64,000 bases of DNA from Candidatus Latescibacterota bacterium (GCA_965219995.1 CBDCOX010000002.1:4288001-4352000); one strand, 5' to 3'; counted from the stretch's first letter, positions 50,412 through 61,654 are shown. Numbers and translations are program-made. The notes: generated by a model not told the origin, from the sequence alone.

Positions 50412-50447
50412 TATCTCATTCTGAAACAAGAGCATGAATTCGAGACA
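50412..50447. promoter_or_regulatory. Paired putative UAS sites, degenerate copy
   Basis: tatctcattctgaaac aaga gcatgaattcgagaca aligns without gaps to 39790-39825; 172 bp beyond the -24 box. Confidence 0.55.
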
Positions 50448-50962
50448 GACGGCGGGCCGGTGTCGCGGCGATGTGATGGGAACCAATGCTGTACAATGCC
50501 TGAGAGGCAGTCGCTGATCCGCTCCGCCAGTACGAGGAGAGAAGGGAACGACATCGCCGTGTTCGGCGCGCGCACGCAGAACGGCCCCCGGTCAGGACGA
50601 CCGGGTGCCGGTAAGAGTACCAGAGAAAGCGGAAATGCGTGTGTCCTACAGGAAGGCCCGGGATACGACTCCAGGAATGGACGAGGTTCCGGGACCGAGG
50701 GGATATATCTTATTTATTATGATATCTCCGCCGGACATCATTTGTTTGGCGGAAGACCTATACGTATATATCTTATATAGTATGTATCCGCGTCGGATGC
50801 GGGCGGCACCGGGCAGAATGCCCGGATCTCCAATTCGTGCAACTGACGTCAGGAGAGGAAGGGTGTGTCGGCCGACACCTGAGGATGGATACGCGGGAGG
50901 TTTTACGGGGATGCGGCGGCCATCGCGCCACGTACGTGATGACCCGGGGCGTCAGCCACGAC

Positions 50963-52873
50963 TCAATCGCTTGAAGGCAGGTTGTATTTCTTCAACTTCC
51001 GGTACAGTGTGGCACGGCCGAGACCCAGCGCACGGGCCGCCTCGGTGACGTTGTTGGCCGAGACTTCAAGCGCGTGGACCAGGGCCTGCCGCTCGACTTC
51101 CTCCAGCGGCAGGACCGCCGTCGGCGCCGCCGGGTCTCTTCGGGAGTCTACGATGGGCGAGAGTTGCGATGGGAGGTTGTTCACCTGCAGCACGTCCGAG
51201 GTCTCCAGCAACACGGCCCGTTCGATGGCGTTCTCGAGTTCGCGGACGTTGCCCGGCCAGTCGTATTGCAGCATCAGCCGCAACGAGGCGGTGGAGATGC
51301 CGCTGATGGATTTATCGGCCTTTTCCGTGTGTTTCTCAAGGAAGTGTTTTGCCAGCAACGGGATATCCTCACGACGTTCTCTCAGAGGCGGAATCTCGAT
51401 CGGGAAAACGGAAACCCGGTAGAACAGGTCTTCGCGGAAGGCCCCCTCCTTAACCGCGGCTTCGAGATTCCTGTTGGTGGCCGCGACCAGCCGGACGTCG
51501 ACGGAGATGGGGGTGGAACTGCCGACCCGCTGTACCTCGCGTTCCTGAAGAAATCGCAAGAGCTTGGTCTGCAGCGACACGTGCATGTCTCCGATCTCGT
51601 CCAGAAAGACCGTTCCGCCGTCGGCTCGCTCGAATATGCCGGCCCTGCGCTTCGTCGCCCCGGTGAAAGCTCCCTGTTCGTGTCCGAACAGTTCGCTTTC
51701 GATGAGCGCCTCGGGTATGGCGGCGCAGTTGATGGCCAGGAACGGCGCATCCTTTCTCAAACTGTTGAAGTGAAACGACTTCGCGACCAGTTCCTTACCC
51801 GTACCGCTCTCGCCCTCAATCAGTACTGTAATATCGCTTTCGGCCGCCTGCTTCACCAGTGCGTACACCTGCTGCATCGGCGCGCTGGCGCCGACCATAC
51901 CGGAAAAGGAGTAGGTCGTCTCCAGTTCGGTGCGCAAGCGAAGGACTTCGGCCTTCATCTGCTCGACCTCGATCTCTCTGGACACATCGCGGTACACGTA
52001 GAGATCGCCGATGACGTCTCCCTGAACATCGCACACCGGGGCGACGGACCGATAGTAGAGCCGCTCTCTGGGCACCTGGCCTTCAGAGGTCTTTTCTACC
52101 AGCTTACCCGATCCCCCGAGGACGAACTTCCCCGCCACGTCGGGCAGGTCGGGTTCACGGAATTTCTCTTTGAATCGCGCCATGAAGGCTTTCGGCGACA
52201 TTTTCTTCAATTCGCTCTTCGTCAGGTCGAGCACGCTCTCGTACCTTCGGTTGGAAAACACCAGATTCCCGTCGACGTCGTACATGGCAAGGGCGTCTCC
52301 GGTCGCATCGAGCACGGCTTCGAGCCGTTGATGGCTTCCGGTCAGATCTCTTTGTTTTTGCGCCAGTTCCTGTTCGACGTTCCACTTTCCGACCAGAGAC
52401 AGCGTGATCTGCTGGATTTCCTCGCGCGAAAATGGCTTGCGGATGTAGAGCAGCTTGTGGAGCAGTTCCATGTCGTGGATGATTTCGGGCAGAGTCTTGT
52501 CGGTATAGGCTGTCATAATGACAACTTCAATGTGGCGGTCGATCTCTCTCATCCGGCGGATCGTCTCAATGCCATCGATTCCCGGAGGCATTCTGATGTC
52601 GACGAACGCGACGGCAATGGGGCGATCGGATTCCTGTGCCGCCTTGATGATTTCGAAGGCTTCTTCTCCCCGGTGGGCGTGAAGGAGTTCGAATTCCGGC
52701 AGAAATGCCTCGGTTTCCTTTTGCGTGAACGCCGCGGCCAGCTCATCTGAAACCGTCGTCATGAATCTGGGCTTCAACATTTCCACAAAGTCGTCGTGAA
52801 TCTCCTGCTGGTCGTCGACAATCAGCACGCGACGGCTGCCTGGATACCTTAGTTCCATCGAGTTCTCCTGCAT
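50963..52873 (-). CDS. sigma54-dependent NtrC-family activator (REC-PAS-AAA+-Fis HTH)
   Basis: [35 protein letters not shown], terminal HTH. Confidence 0.96.
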   Translation of the reverse strand: MQENSMELRYPGSRRVLIVDDQQEIHDDFVEMLKPRFMTTVSDELAAAFTQKETEAFLPEFELLHAHRGEEAFEIIKAAQESDRPIAVAFVDIRMPPGIDGIETIRRMREIDRHIEVVIMTAYTDKTLPEIIHDMELLHKLLYIRKPFSREEIQQITLSLVGKWNVEQELAQKQRDLTGSHQRLEAVLDATGDALAMYDVDGNLVFSNRRYESVLDLTKSELKKMSPKAFMARFKEKFREPDLPDVAGKFVLGGSGKLVEKTSEGQVPRERLYYRSVAPVCDVQGDVIGDLYVYRDVSREIEVEQMKAEVLRLRTELETTYSFSGMVGASAPMQQVYALVKQAAESDITVLIEGESGTGKELVAKSFHFNSLRKDAPFLAINCAAIPEALIESELFGHEQGAFTGATKRRAGIFERADGGTVFLDEIGDMHVSLQTKLLRFLQEREVQRVGSSTPISVDVRLVAATNRNLEAAVKEGAFREDLFYRVSVFPIEIPPLRERREDIPLLAKHFLEKHTEKADKSISGISTASLRLMLQYDWPGNVRELENAIERAVLLETSDVLQVNNLPSQLSPIVDSRRDPAAPTAVLPLEEVERQALVHALEVSANNVTEAARALGLGRATLYRKLKKYNLPSSD

Positions 52874-52920
52874 GTCATGGATGCGTTACACTTTAAGTAT
52901 TCGTCTGCTCGACCTCACCA

Positions 52921-55900
52921 CTACGTTGCGGATTCGGACGTCAACGAGGGAAACTCGACGCTGTCTGAAGTTTTCAGCGCGACCGACGCCAGCCTCAGTT
53001 TGACGCGCATGGTGGTTCCTCTACCTGCGCCGTCGCTGACGGGATAGATTTCGCCTCCCGAACCGATAATGAAGTTGGCGATGGAGTGAAGGCCCAGACC
53101 GCTTCCCGATTTCTTGGTCGTGTAACCGGCGGCAAAGATGATCCGCTGGCGTTTTTCCTCGATACCAATGCCGGTGTCCAGGACATCGATGACGAGGAAT
53201 TCCTCTTCGACGTAGGACTTGATGTGAATGGCGGGCTTCACCGCGGGTCCGTCGGAATCTTTGAGGTCGTCGATGGCCTCTACGGCGTTCTTGACCAGAT
53301 TGACCAGCATCTGATGAAAACGGCTCTCCTGAATCCGGATCTCGGCAGGCGCGTTTTCGCAGTCGACGCGCACGTCAATCCCTCTCCTGGCGATCGAATC
53401 CTGGAGCAGCTTGAGGGCTTCGGCAATTGCCTTCTTGAGATTGACGTCTTTGCGCACCAGGGCTTCGGTGCCGAGCGACCGCTGCGTTCGAATGATATCG
53501 ACGATGTGAGTCACCCTGTTTTCAACGCGTTCGACGGTCTGCGTCAACAGTTCGTTTTGTGTGACGAAGTCCTGCGATAGTCCAAGAATGAACGGCAGCA
53601 CCTGTTGGCCCTGCGGGTCCGATTTCAGATACCCGATCCAATCGTCCCGATGCGCTTCAATGGCCTCCGCAAGGGCGGTCAGCCGGTTCACCAGCTCGTT
53701 GTCCGCCATCTGCTCGTGAATCGTGCCCATTCCCGTGGCCACGCTGTTGATCGCGTTGCCGATGTTGTGGACGATGGTGTCGACGATTTCCAGCCGCCCT
53801 TGCGCGAACGCCTGAGAAAGGGCCTCGTCCGCGCGCATGCGCTCGGTCACGTCTCGGAAGACGATCACCCCGCCCTTGGCGATCCCTGTATGGTCCTGCA
53901 GCGGCCTCCCGCTGACGCTGATGTAGACGCCTTCCGGCACGTTCGGATTGCGGATGAACATTTCCACTTCATTGGAGGATTCGCCCCGGATGGCGCGTAC
54001 CAGCGGAAGTTCGTCCGCCGGATAGGTCGTCTCCCGGTCCGGAAAGAAGATTCCGTATCGATCCGACCATTCGGAAGGGCCCGATTCCGTCGCGCCGATG
54101 CCGACGATGCGCTCTGCGCTGGGATTGAAGATAGTAAAATCGCCATGTTCATCGGCGACAACCACCCCGTCGCTGATCGAGTTGAAAATGGTCTCCATGG
54201 CATGGGCCTGCGTCCGGAGGTCGTCGGCTGTCCGTTTCAGCTTTCGCTCCGCTTCCTTGATCTCGGTCACGTCCCTGAAGGTGGACACGGCACCCGTGAT
54301 GGCATTGGAATCGCCCCGCAATGGTCTCCCATTGACGCTGATGTAGACTCCCCCCGGATTTTCCCTGTTGCGTACGAGAAACTCCACGCCATCCGAAGAC
54401 TCACCGCGGACGGCGCGCACAAGCGGTAGATCCTCCTCCGGCAGGACCATTTTTCCATCCAGGGCGAAGATGCCGTACGAATCGGACCATCGTGAAAAGT
54501 CGGTATCCGGAACGTGTTTGCCGAGTATGCGTTCCGCACTGGGATTGAAAATCAGGGTTTTCTTACTCTCATCGATTACGATCACACCGTCGCTGATGCT
54601 GTTGAAAACCGTCTCCATGAGATGGGCTTGTTCTTCCAGGTGGCGGACTGTTTGCCTCAATTCCGAATCCGTCGCCTTTTGCGCCGTCACGTCCCGGAGT
54701 ACGATGACGCCGCCTTCGATCAGACCCGATTCGTCCTGCAGCGGTCTCCCGCTGACACTGATAAATACACCGTCCGGTCGCGCCTCGTTGCGGATGAATA
54801 ACTCAACGTCGTCCGTTTTTTCCCCTCGCATGGCGCGCACGAGCGGAAGCTCATCGGATTGGACGGGTGTCTTCCGGTCCGGATAGAACGTCCCGTAGGT
54901 CTCGGCCCATTCATCGGAGGGCGTTACCGTGGGCCCCATGCCGACAATGTCCTCTGCGCGGGGATTGACGAACAGGAATTCACCGTCCTTATCGGTTACC
55001 ACGACGCCATCGCTGACGCTTCTGAACACCGTCTCCATGAGCAGGGCCTGTCTCTTCAGCTCGTTGATGTTTTCCATCAATTCGGCTTCCTGCTGTTTGT
55101 ACTTGGTGATATCGCTGAAAACAACCACGCCGGCCTTGACCGCGCCTGCGGCGCCGTTTTCGCCGGGAATAAATCGACCTTTCGCGCTTACGTAGGTACC
55201 CTCCGGCTTTTCCTTGTTTCGCACGAAAAATTCCAGATTGTCCGTGGACTCTCCTTGAACGGCGCGTACGAGGGGTAGCTGATCCGTCGGAACGCGTGTC
55301 TTCCGGTCGAGACGGAACGCGCCGTAAAGCTCCGACCATTCATCCGGATTCGAATCCACCAGTCCCAGGCCGAGAATCCGCTCCGCGCTGGGATTGAACA
55401 GAAGGAGTTTTCCGTTCCCGTCGGCGACAACGACGCCCTCATCCATATTGTCGAATACCGTTTTCATGAGTTGGCTTCGGTCGTGCAGTTCCGAGACCGT
55501 CTGTTCCAATCGGGATTCGGTTGCGGTGATCTGCTCCAGCGCGCGCTCCAGTTGTCTCCGCTCATTATCGAGCTGTTCGTTGTTGGCCAGCAGGTTGGCA
55601 TACAGACGCTGGCTGGATGATTCGTGGCCCCACGCGATAATTGAAACGAAGACATAGCAGACGAGGAACCTGATGCTCAGCTCGGTCTCGTAGACGAACG
55701 TACCGGCCAACCCCGGCGCCAGCAACAACACGGCCACACCGAGAAAGAAGAACCCTGTCAGGATTCCGCCCTCGCGTCTGCCCAGGAAAAAGAAAAACAG
55801 CAAGGGCATCAGGAGGTGAAAATAGAGGAAGTTCTGGGCGAGTGCGGCGAGCCAAAGCAGCCCGATCCCGACTCCCAGGAGAACGATGCGATAGGCTTTT

Positions 55901-56097
55901 CGAGGCTCAACGCCCAGCAGGAGTCCGGCAATACAGCCCGCCACGAGCATCGCCATGAGATTGTGAATCCACATCGACGTTACGTCGCCGCCCAGGTAGT
56001 TTCGAACTGAATATCCGACAAGGACCATCAATCCAACCGTGCAGGCGACAATGAAAACCTGTTTCTGGTGCCGGACTTGCGCGCTCCTGGACTCCAT
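52921..56097 (-). CDS. Membrane sensor histidine kinase with four PAS domains
   Basis: ATG 56097 with GGAGG; ~6 TM segments; 4 repeats of DGVxV..FNPSAERI; HNIGN H-box, NLVKNA, DTGIGI, GSGLGL. Confidence 0.93.
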   Translation of the reverse strand: MESRSAQVRHQKQVFIVACTVGLMVLVGYSVRNYLGGDVTSMWIHNLMAMLVAGCIAGLLLGVEPRKAYRIVLLGVGIGLLWLAALAQNFLYFHLLMPLLFFFFLGRREGGILTGFFFLGVAVLLLAPGLAGTFVYETELSIRFLVCYVFVSIIAWGHESSSQRLYANLLANNEQLDNERRQLERALEQITATESRLEQTVSELHDRSQLMKTVFDNMDEGVVVADGNGKLLLFNPSAERILGLGLVDSNPDEWSELYGAFRLDRKTRVPTDQLPLVRAVQGESTDNLEFFVRNKEKPEGTYVSAKGRFIPGENGAAGAVKAGVVVFSDITKYKQQEAELMENINELKRQALLMETVFRSVSDGVVVTDKDGEFLFVNPRAEDIVGMGPTVTPSDEWAETYGTFYPDRKTPVQSDELPLVRAMRGEKTDDVELFIRNEARPDGVFISVSGRPLQDESGLIEGGVIVLRDVTAQKATDSELRQTVRHLEEQAHLMETVFNSISDGVIVIDESKKTLIFNPSAERILGKHVPDTDFSRWSDSYGIFALDGKMVLPEEDLPLVRAVRGESSDGVEFLVRNRENPGGVYISVNGRPLRGDSNAITGAVSTFRDVTEIKEAERKLKRTADDLRTQAHAMETIFNSISDGVVVADEHGDFTIFNPSAERIVGIGATESGPSEWSDRYGIFFPDRETTYPADELPLVRAIRGESSNEVEMFIRNPNVPEGVYISVSGRPLQDHTGIAKGGVIVFRDVTERMRADEALSQAFAQGRLEIVDTIVHNIGNAINSVATGMGTIHEQMADNELVNRLTALAEAIEAHRDDWIGYLKSDPQGQQVLPFILGLSQDFVTQNELLTQTVERVENRVTHIVDIIRTQRSLGTEALVRKDVNLKKAIAEALKLLQDSIARRGIDVRVDCENAPAEIRIQESRFHQMLVNLVKNAVEAIDDLKDSDGPAVKPAIHIKSYVEEEFLVIDVLDTGIGIEEKRQRIIFAAGYTTKKSGSGLGLHSIANFIIGSGGEIYPVSDGAGRGTTMRVKLRLASVALKTSDSVEFPSLTSESAT

Positions 56098-56432
56098 TTT
56101 CGTTTTCCTCCACGATCCGGCCTGAAAGGTGGCAGACGTCAGCCAACGGGTATATCCGGTCGCTTCCGCACCGGGGCACAAAACCACGGGTGGTAGAGAA
56201 TGCAGACGCACCGTTCAGATTGAGGATGTAAACATAACGATTTTTTGTTGATTTATTGTTGAAATTATCGGCATTTTCGCTGATTTTATGATGATTTTTA
56301 GTGCATTTTGCCCAGGTAGGTCCACAATTTGCAGAACGCACGTGGAATTCGGTGGCCGAGTTGCAGGACGACGTTGAGACAGGAAGAACGCATGTGAGCG
56401 ACGGTCGATGCGTTGGAGGGGCGACCACGATG

Positions 56433-56960
56433 CACAACCGCGACGACGACGCATGCGGTCACACTCCGGGAAAGCGTCTGCAAGGGTGGGGCAGACATTC
56501 CTGTCTGCCTGCATCGATGTCTCTCCAGCGGGATGGCGAAATCTGAAGGAATTATTCGTGCAGGGAGGATAGGGTAGGGAGGACTACCGTCAGGGAACGG
56601 AGAGAGGCTTCCCCATTTCCTGATGCGCATCTGACCGGCGAATTCTGGCTGGGAACGCGTGAATCGGCCTGCGCCGGCTTGCCGGACCGGGGGCAGGGTT
56701 CGATGATGCAGTCGGCGATGTCAAGCGCGCGTCTGAATTTCAATTATCCTGGCGCGGCTTCGCTTTGCACAACCGCGACGCCAACACCCGAGCTCACACT
56801 CCGAAGAAGCGTCTACGAGGGTGGTGCAGACATTCCTGTCTGCCTGCATCGTTGAATTTCTGCTGGGATGGAGACATCTGAACGAACTATTCGCGCCAGA
56901 GGAATGGCGCAGGAGGGATTTCCGTCTGGGAACGGAGATTGGCTTCCCCGATTCCGGATG
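56433..56960. repeat. Non-coding direct repeat (~190 bp, period ~335) each with a gcagacattcctgtctgcc REP-like core
   Basis: 56433-56626 aligns to 56768-56960. Confidence 0.75.
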
Positions 56961-57021
56961 CAACTCAAGCGGTTTGAGATAGAGCACGAACGGCTCGTGA
57001 TTCGCGAAATTCCAACTGCCG

Positions 57022-57465
57022 TTAATCACCCGACCGAGCGAAGATAAACCCCATACCAAGGAATCCCAATATCGTTCCGATTGCCACGCCCCAGAAAAAA
57101 ACAAGCGAGTTACGTGCCACGCCGCGGTATTCGATGCTGACGATGTCAGTATAACGCAATGTAAACCCCCGTCGGTCGTTACCACGGGCAAAGGAAGTGA
57201 ACGGGACAACAGTCAGCGACGTGTGCCCGATTTCCTCAATGACGCACTCGATAACTCGACCCGTGATCGGCGCTCGGGTACCCGCCTGAACAGTTATCCT
57301 TACCCGCATGCCCACGGTAAGTTTCCCCAGAACCTGGTCTCGTATCAAAGCTTGTTTGCTGTCCTCAGCGACCTCATTCACGCGGGCCAGGGGTCGCCAG
57401 GCACTGCATCCGACCGTCTGCAAAGAAATCACAATGATCAGGACGATACTGATGCCGCGTATCAT
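57022..57465 (-). CDS. Lipoprotein-like small protein, array copy 5
   Basis: LQTVGCSAWRPLAR; C-terminal Gly-rich TM; paralogy. Confidence 0.88.
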   Translation of the reverse strand: MIRGISIVLIIVISLQTVGCSAWRPLARVNEVAEDSKQALIRDQVLGKLTVGMRVRITVQAGTRAPITGRVIECVIEEIGHTSLTVVPFTSFARGNDRRGFTLRYTDIVSIEYRGVARNSLVFFWGVAIGTILGFLGMGFIFARSGD

Positions 57466-57626
57466 CTTTCGGCCCCTTTAAATAAAGACATTGTTACGGC
57501 ATTGTTTTTGGCTTCTCGGGCGGTTCACCCTCGCGACGATGAGGAAACCCCGGACGTTTGCAGGGTGGTCGCAAACGGGCTGTGCCGCCAGACCGGCACG
57601 TCTGGAGCTGCTGGGCAGATGGTTTG

Positions 57627-58073
57627 TCAGTCCAACTCGATCCCTGAGAGTGCCCAATAGAAAAGAATAAAACCCAATGCCACTCCGACGCCAAGGCCCA
57701 GCATGAGAACCTCCGAACCATCCGATTCACGATATTCGATGCTGACGATGTCAGAATATTTCAACGTCAACTTCCGATCGACATTATCAGGGTAGACAAA
57801 TTTCGCCGAAGCGATTACTGTCAGCGACGTTGGACCGGCTTTTTCAATAACACATTCGACAAATTGACCGATGACCGGCGCGCGGGTACCCTCCGAAATC
57901 CGAATCCTTACAGCCATACCCTCTTTGAGTTTACCGACAACCTGGTCTCGCATGGATGACTGTCTTTCATCCTCTGGGACCTCGCTCACACGAGCCAGGG
58001 GTCGCCAGGCGCTGCATCCAACCGATTGCAGCGCAATCGCTACGATCAGGACCAAACTGATGACGCGTGTCAT
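57627..58073 (-). CDS. Lipoprotein-like small protein, array copy 4
   Basis: Start set to ATG 58073 by paralogy (MTRVISLVL). Confidence 0.88.
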   Translation of the reverse strand: MTRVISLVLIVAIALQSVGCSAWRPLARVSEVPEDERQSSMRDQVVGKLKEGMAVRIRISEGTRAPVIGQFVECVIEKAGPTSLTVIASAKFVYPDNVDRKLTLKYSDIVSIEYRESDGSEVLMLGLGVGVALGFILFYWALSGIELD

Positions 58074-58237
58074 TTCGTGTCCTTTCAAAAGGCGGCACAT
58101 ACGGATCATTGATCCAGGCCACAGAGGCTCTTCGTCTTCGCGGCGAACCGGAAACTCCGGACTGACGATTGCGGGGAGGTCGCGATTGAGGTGCCGCAGA
58201 CATCGTGGCACTTCAGCTGATCGGGAAAACCAATCTG

Positions 58238-58684
58238 TTAGTCCTGCTCGATTCCAGAAAGTCCAATAAGAAGGAGCCAATAACCGAATATCGTTCCGAT
58301 TGCGACGCCTGCTACAATGACTGTTGAACCACGAGCCGATTCACGATACTCGATGCTGGCGATTTTGGAATAATGAAACGTCAGCTCTCTGCGCACATTT
58401 CCAGGGGCATAAAACGTGAAAGGAGTTACGGTCAGCGAATCCTGACCGATCTCTTTAATAATACACTCGATAACTTGACCCTTCGTCGGCGCATGGGTAC
58501 CCTCACGAATTCTTACCCTTACAGCCATACCCTCTTTGAGTCTCCCCAGAACCTGGTTTCGTACCGATGATTGACTGTCATCCTCCGCGACTGCGTTCGC
58601 GCGTGCAAGAGGTCGCCAGGTACTGCACCCGACGGTCTGCAGTGCGATCGCTGCGATCAGGACGATACTGATGACGCGCGTCAT
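58238..58684 (-). CDS. Lipoprotein-like small protein, array copy 3
   Basis: Paralogy; GAGGAG RBS. Confidence 0.88.
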   Translation of the reverse strand: MTRVISIVLIAAIALQTVGCSTWRPLARANAVAEDDSQSSVRNQVLGRLKEGMAVRVRIREGTHAPTKGQVIECIIKEIGQDSLTVTPFTFYAPGNVRRELTFHYSKIASIEYRESARGSTVIVAGVAIGTIFGYWLLLIGLSGIEQD

Positions 58685-58850
58685 TCCAAGGGCTCCTCAC
58701 ATTTCGACACTGTGGCGGAATTTTTTCAGTCGCGCCGGTGCAGTTCGACTCCGCGGCGCTAAGGGAACCGCGGTCGGACGGTCGAGGGAATCGTCGCGCC
58801 TGACGCAAGTAGCGATGACTGCACGTTACGTGTCTCGGACAATTGAACCG

Positions 58851-59294
58851 TCATTCGGTATTGGCGAAAGACACGGCAATACCGAAGAAACTCAAGAGCG
58901 CTCCGAAGGCAACACCAGCCAGGAAATCTTCTAATCTGCTGATACGATTCGAGCGATTCTCAATGCTTACGATGTCGGCAAAACGCAATGTAAACTCCCG
59001 TCGGTCATCACCATGGAAATAAGACGGGGACGGAATTACTGTCAGCGTCTTATTCGTGATCCTTTCAATTACTCCCTCGAAAACTCGACCCTTGATCAGC
59101 GTCGTGGTCCCTTCTCGGATCGTAATCCTCACATCCATACCTTTCTCGAGTTTCCCCAGAACTTGCACTCGCATCAAAGACTGTCTTTCGTCTTCTGAAA
59201 CTTCGAACCCGCGAGCCAGGGGTCGCCAGGTACTGCATCCGACGGTCTGTAGAGCCATCGCCACGATCAGGACGATACTGATGGTGCGGTTCAT
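58851..59294 (-). CDS. Lipoprotein-like small protein, array copy 2
   Basis: Paralogy; GAGGTG RBS. Confidence 0.88.
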   Translation of the reverse strand: MNRTISIVLIVAMALQTVGCSTWRPLARGFEVSEDERQSLMRVQVLGKLEKGMDVRITIREGTTTLIKGRVFEGVIERITNKTLTVIPSPSYFHGDDRREFTLRFADIVSIENRSNRISRLEDFLAGVAFGALLSFFGIAVSFANTE

Positions 59295-59459
59295 TCCAAT
59301 ATCACCTCGATTTCAAGGCAGCATGACGGCATCTTTGCAAACCCACAGGGCATTTCGTCGTCGCGGCAACGGATAAACCCCGGTCGGACGGCCGCTGGTG
59401 ATCGCAAGCGGGTTGCACCGCCAGATAGGTACCAAATCAGTTCGTAAGCAGTTGTTTTA

Positions 59460-59894
59460 TCAGTCCAGTTCGATCCCTGAAAGTCCCCAACCGATAAGTA
59501 TCAAACCCAACAATACGCCGACACCAGCGCCAGTAACAAAGGCCCACGTACGATCCGATTCACGATGTTCGATGCTCACGATGTCAGCATAGCGTAACGT
59601 AATCTCAATACCACGGGAAAACGACGAGACCGGCGTCACCGTGAGCGCCGTATGACCGATCTCTTTGATTAAACACTCGATAATACGGCGCTTGATCGGC
59701 GCGCGGGTACCCTCGCGAATTTCTATCCTTACGACCATGCCCTCGGAGAGTTTCCCCAGAACCCGGTCTCGCATCGAATTCTCTTTGCTATCCTCGGTGA
59801 CCTCGTTTGCTCTCGTCAGGGGTCGCCAGGAACTGCATCCGACGGATTGCAGCACTATCGCAGCGATCAGGACGATGCTGATGGCGCGTGTCAT
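59460..59894 (-). CDS. Lipoprotein-like small protein, array copy 1
   Basis: Paralogy; GAGGAGG RBS. Confidence 0.88.
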   Translation of the reverse strand: MTRAISIVLIAAIVLQSVGCSSWRPLTRANEVTEDSKENSMRDRVLGKLSEGMVVRIEIREGTRAPIKRRIIECLIKEIGHTALTVTPVSSFSRGIEITLRYADIVSIEHRESDRTWAFVTGAGVGVLLGLILIGWGLSGIELD

Positions 59895-60128
59895 TCTGCG
59901 GCCTCCTCAATCCGTGAGCGTCTGAAGGAGTCTGCTTAGAAGCTTAGCGATAGTGTGGCTTTGAGACCTCCGTTTTGTGCAGGTGCGACGCACAGGTCCA
60001 GCAGACGATGCGGCGCAACTTCGATCCATTTGTGCGATTTCGGCGCGGCGCCAACGAGTGTCGAACCAATTAAAATCGGTAAAGAAACACGTACTGCCAC
60101 CTTCCGCGTAATATCCCCTCGACTCCAT

Positions 60129-60270
60129 TCATCTAACGTCTACCCTCTACCGTCTCTGTCTCACCGGTTTTATCGCCCCATGCGGTTTCCTTTATTGCCG
60201 GAGGCATAAAGTAAGAACCAATCTAGCAAGGATGTCCTCTACCGTCTTCCGTCTCACGTCTCACCGCTCT
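60129..60270. repeat. ~140-bp direct repeat, copy 1, with cgtctac/cgtctca heptamer runs
   Basis: Aligns to 61655-61790. Confidence 0.8.
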
Positions 60271-60341
60271 CAGCGTCTTGCCACCTGGGTTGACGATCTG
60301 CCGTCATTGTAATCCCGATATCCGATCGCCCTGGCAGTCGC

Positions 60342-61553
60342 CTAGAAATCTAACGACACCGCGGCTCCGAGGCCTTTGTTTTGCGTTGGTGCGATGCCGA
60401 GGTTGAGTCGCCTCGGCGAAACCTCGATCCATCGGTCGGTTTGTATCGAGTACCCTATGGAGGTCGAACAAACAAACACGGGTACCGATATATAAATCGC
60501 TGTTAATGCGGTAGCATACCTCCTCCATTCCCCGGAGGTCTTCGAGGCATAATAGGCGACAGGCGCGAGTCCAAGCAACAAACCGATAGTCATGCCCTTT
60601 TTCGTATTTCTATGACGACCGATGTATATTTCGAAATCGCGGATCGAAGATATAGGTAACTCAAAAACCTCGTTTCCGGATAGGCCGACGCCCATGACGA
60701 GCGTATCCTGATTCAGGTCGAGCGGCCTTCCAACCACCCAATCCGATCTTGACGCGCCTCGTCCGGCGGAAGGTGACTTTAATCGGATTCTTGGATTCAA
60801 CGGCAGGTGTCGCAGGATCCGCCGCGCATGTCTTATTGCGACGATGTCTCCACGATCCTCGGCGGCGACGATGAAGACAATGTCGTCCAATGCAATCTCT
60901 CCACCGGCCCAGAATCGGTTCCTGCCAGCGAAGCTGGACCTGATTACGAGATGCCGCTCGCGGGTATCCAGAATTCTGACCAGTTCGCCTCGTCTTCCAT
61001 CTTCGAATTCATAGACCATAAATGCATGCCACCCCTTCCTCATCGCAGACAGGTCGATCGTCCCACGCGACATGACGACGAAACGACCGCCGACGCGTCT
61101 CCTCCACCGTTCCAGCGCCGGTCGGTCTTTTGCGACGACAATCGTGTCAATTTCGGCATAGTGTATATGGGTTTTTTCCGGGACCGTCGCCGTGGATATG
61201 ATTTCCATACCATCGGGGTCAACGTTGCGAATGACGCCGGCTGCCGTGTCGGATGCGCCTTTTGACGTGTAGACCACGTGCGCGTAGAAGCCCTTCGCTA
61301 TTTTCGATAGATCCAGGTGCCGCCTCGGCATCACCCAAACGTCCATTTCATAAAGCATTCTGATTAGAATTGCAGCAATCTCCGCAGCGCGCTGTTCCTC
61401 CGACGGCTGCGGTTTCCACGTACTGCCGGCAGCTTTTCGCCAATTAACGCGCATGGTCCGGTTGCCTTGAAGTTCTTGCGCGGCAATCGACAGGCTTGGC
61501 AACAGGATCTGAAACAGGAGTGATGCAATCAACAATACGGCGGTTGGCTTCAT
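60342..61553 (-). CDS. Secreted/envelope hypothetical protein with internal repeats and a terminal Phe strand
   Basis: ATG 61553, GAGGTG RBS, signal; repeated VM.R...DLS...KG..A..VY; ends LGAAVSLDF. Confidence 0.8.
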   Translation of the reverse strand: MKPTAVLLIASLLFQILLPSLSIAAQELQGNRTMRVNWRKAAGSTWKPQPSEEQRAAEIAAILIRMLYEMDVWVMPRRHLDLSKIAKGFYAHVVYTSKGASDTAAGVIRNVDPDGMEIISTATVPEKTHIHYAEIDTIVVAKDRPALERWRRRVGGRFVVMSRGTIDLSAMRKGWHAFMVYEFEDGRRGELVRILDTRERHLVIRSSFAGRNRFWAGGEIALDDIVFIVAAEDRGDIVAIRHARRILRHLPLNPRIRLKSPSAGRGASRSDWVVGRPLDLNQDTLVMGVGLSGNEVFELPISSIRDFEIYIGRHRNTKKGMTIGLLLGLAPVAYYASKTSGEWRRYATALTAIYISVPVFVCSTSIGYSIQTDRWIEVSPRRLNLGIAPTQNKGLGAAVSLDF

Positions 61554-61654
61554 GTGTTCACCTCGCAGAGATACACTTCGCACTGTCCGTATCCAGGAAG
61601 GTACGAACGAAGAGGAAGAAGGAAAAAGGAAGAAATAAGTGGAAATCGCGGTTT

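Noticed and set aside
57022-59894. Classical integron cassette array
   Set aside because: No RYYYAAC...GTTRRRY attC ends, no integrase in the window, and all genes are paralogs.
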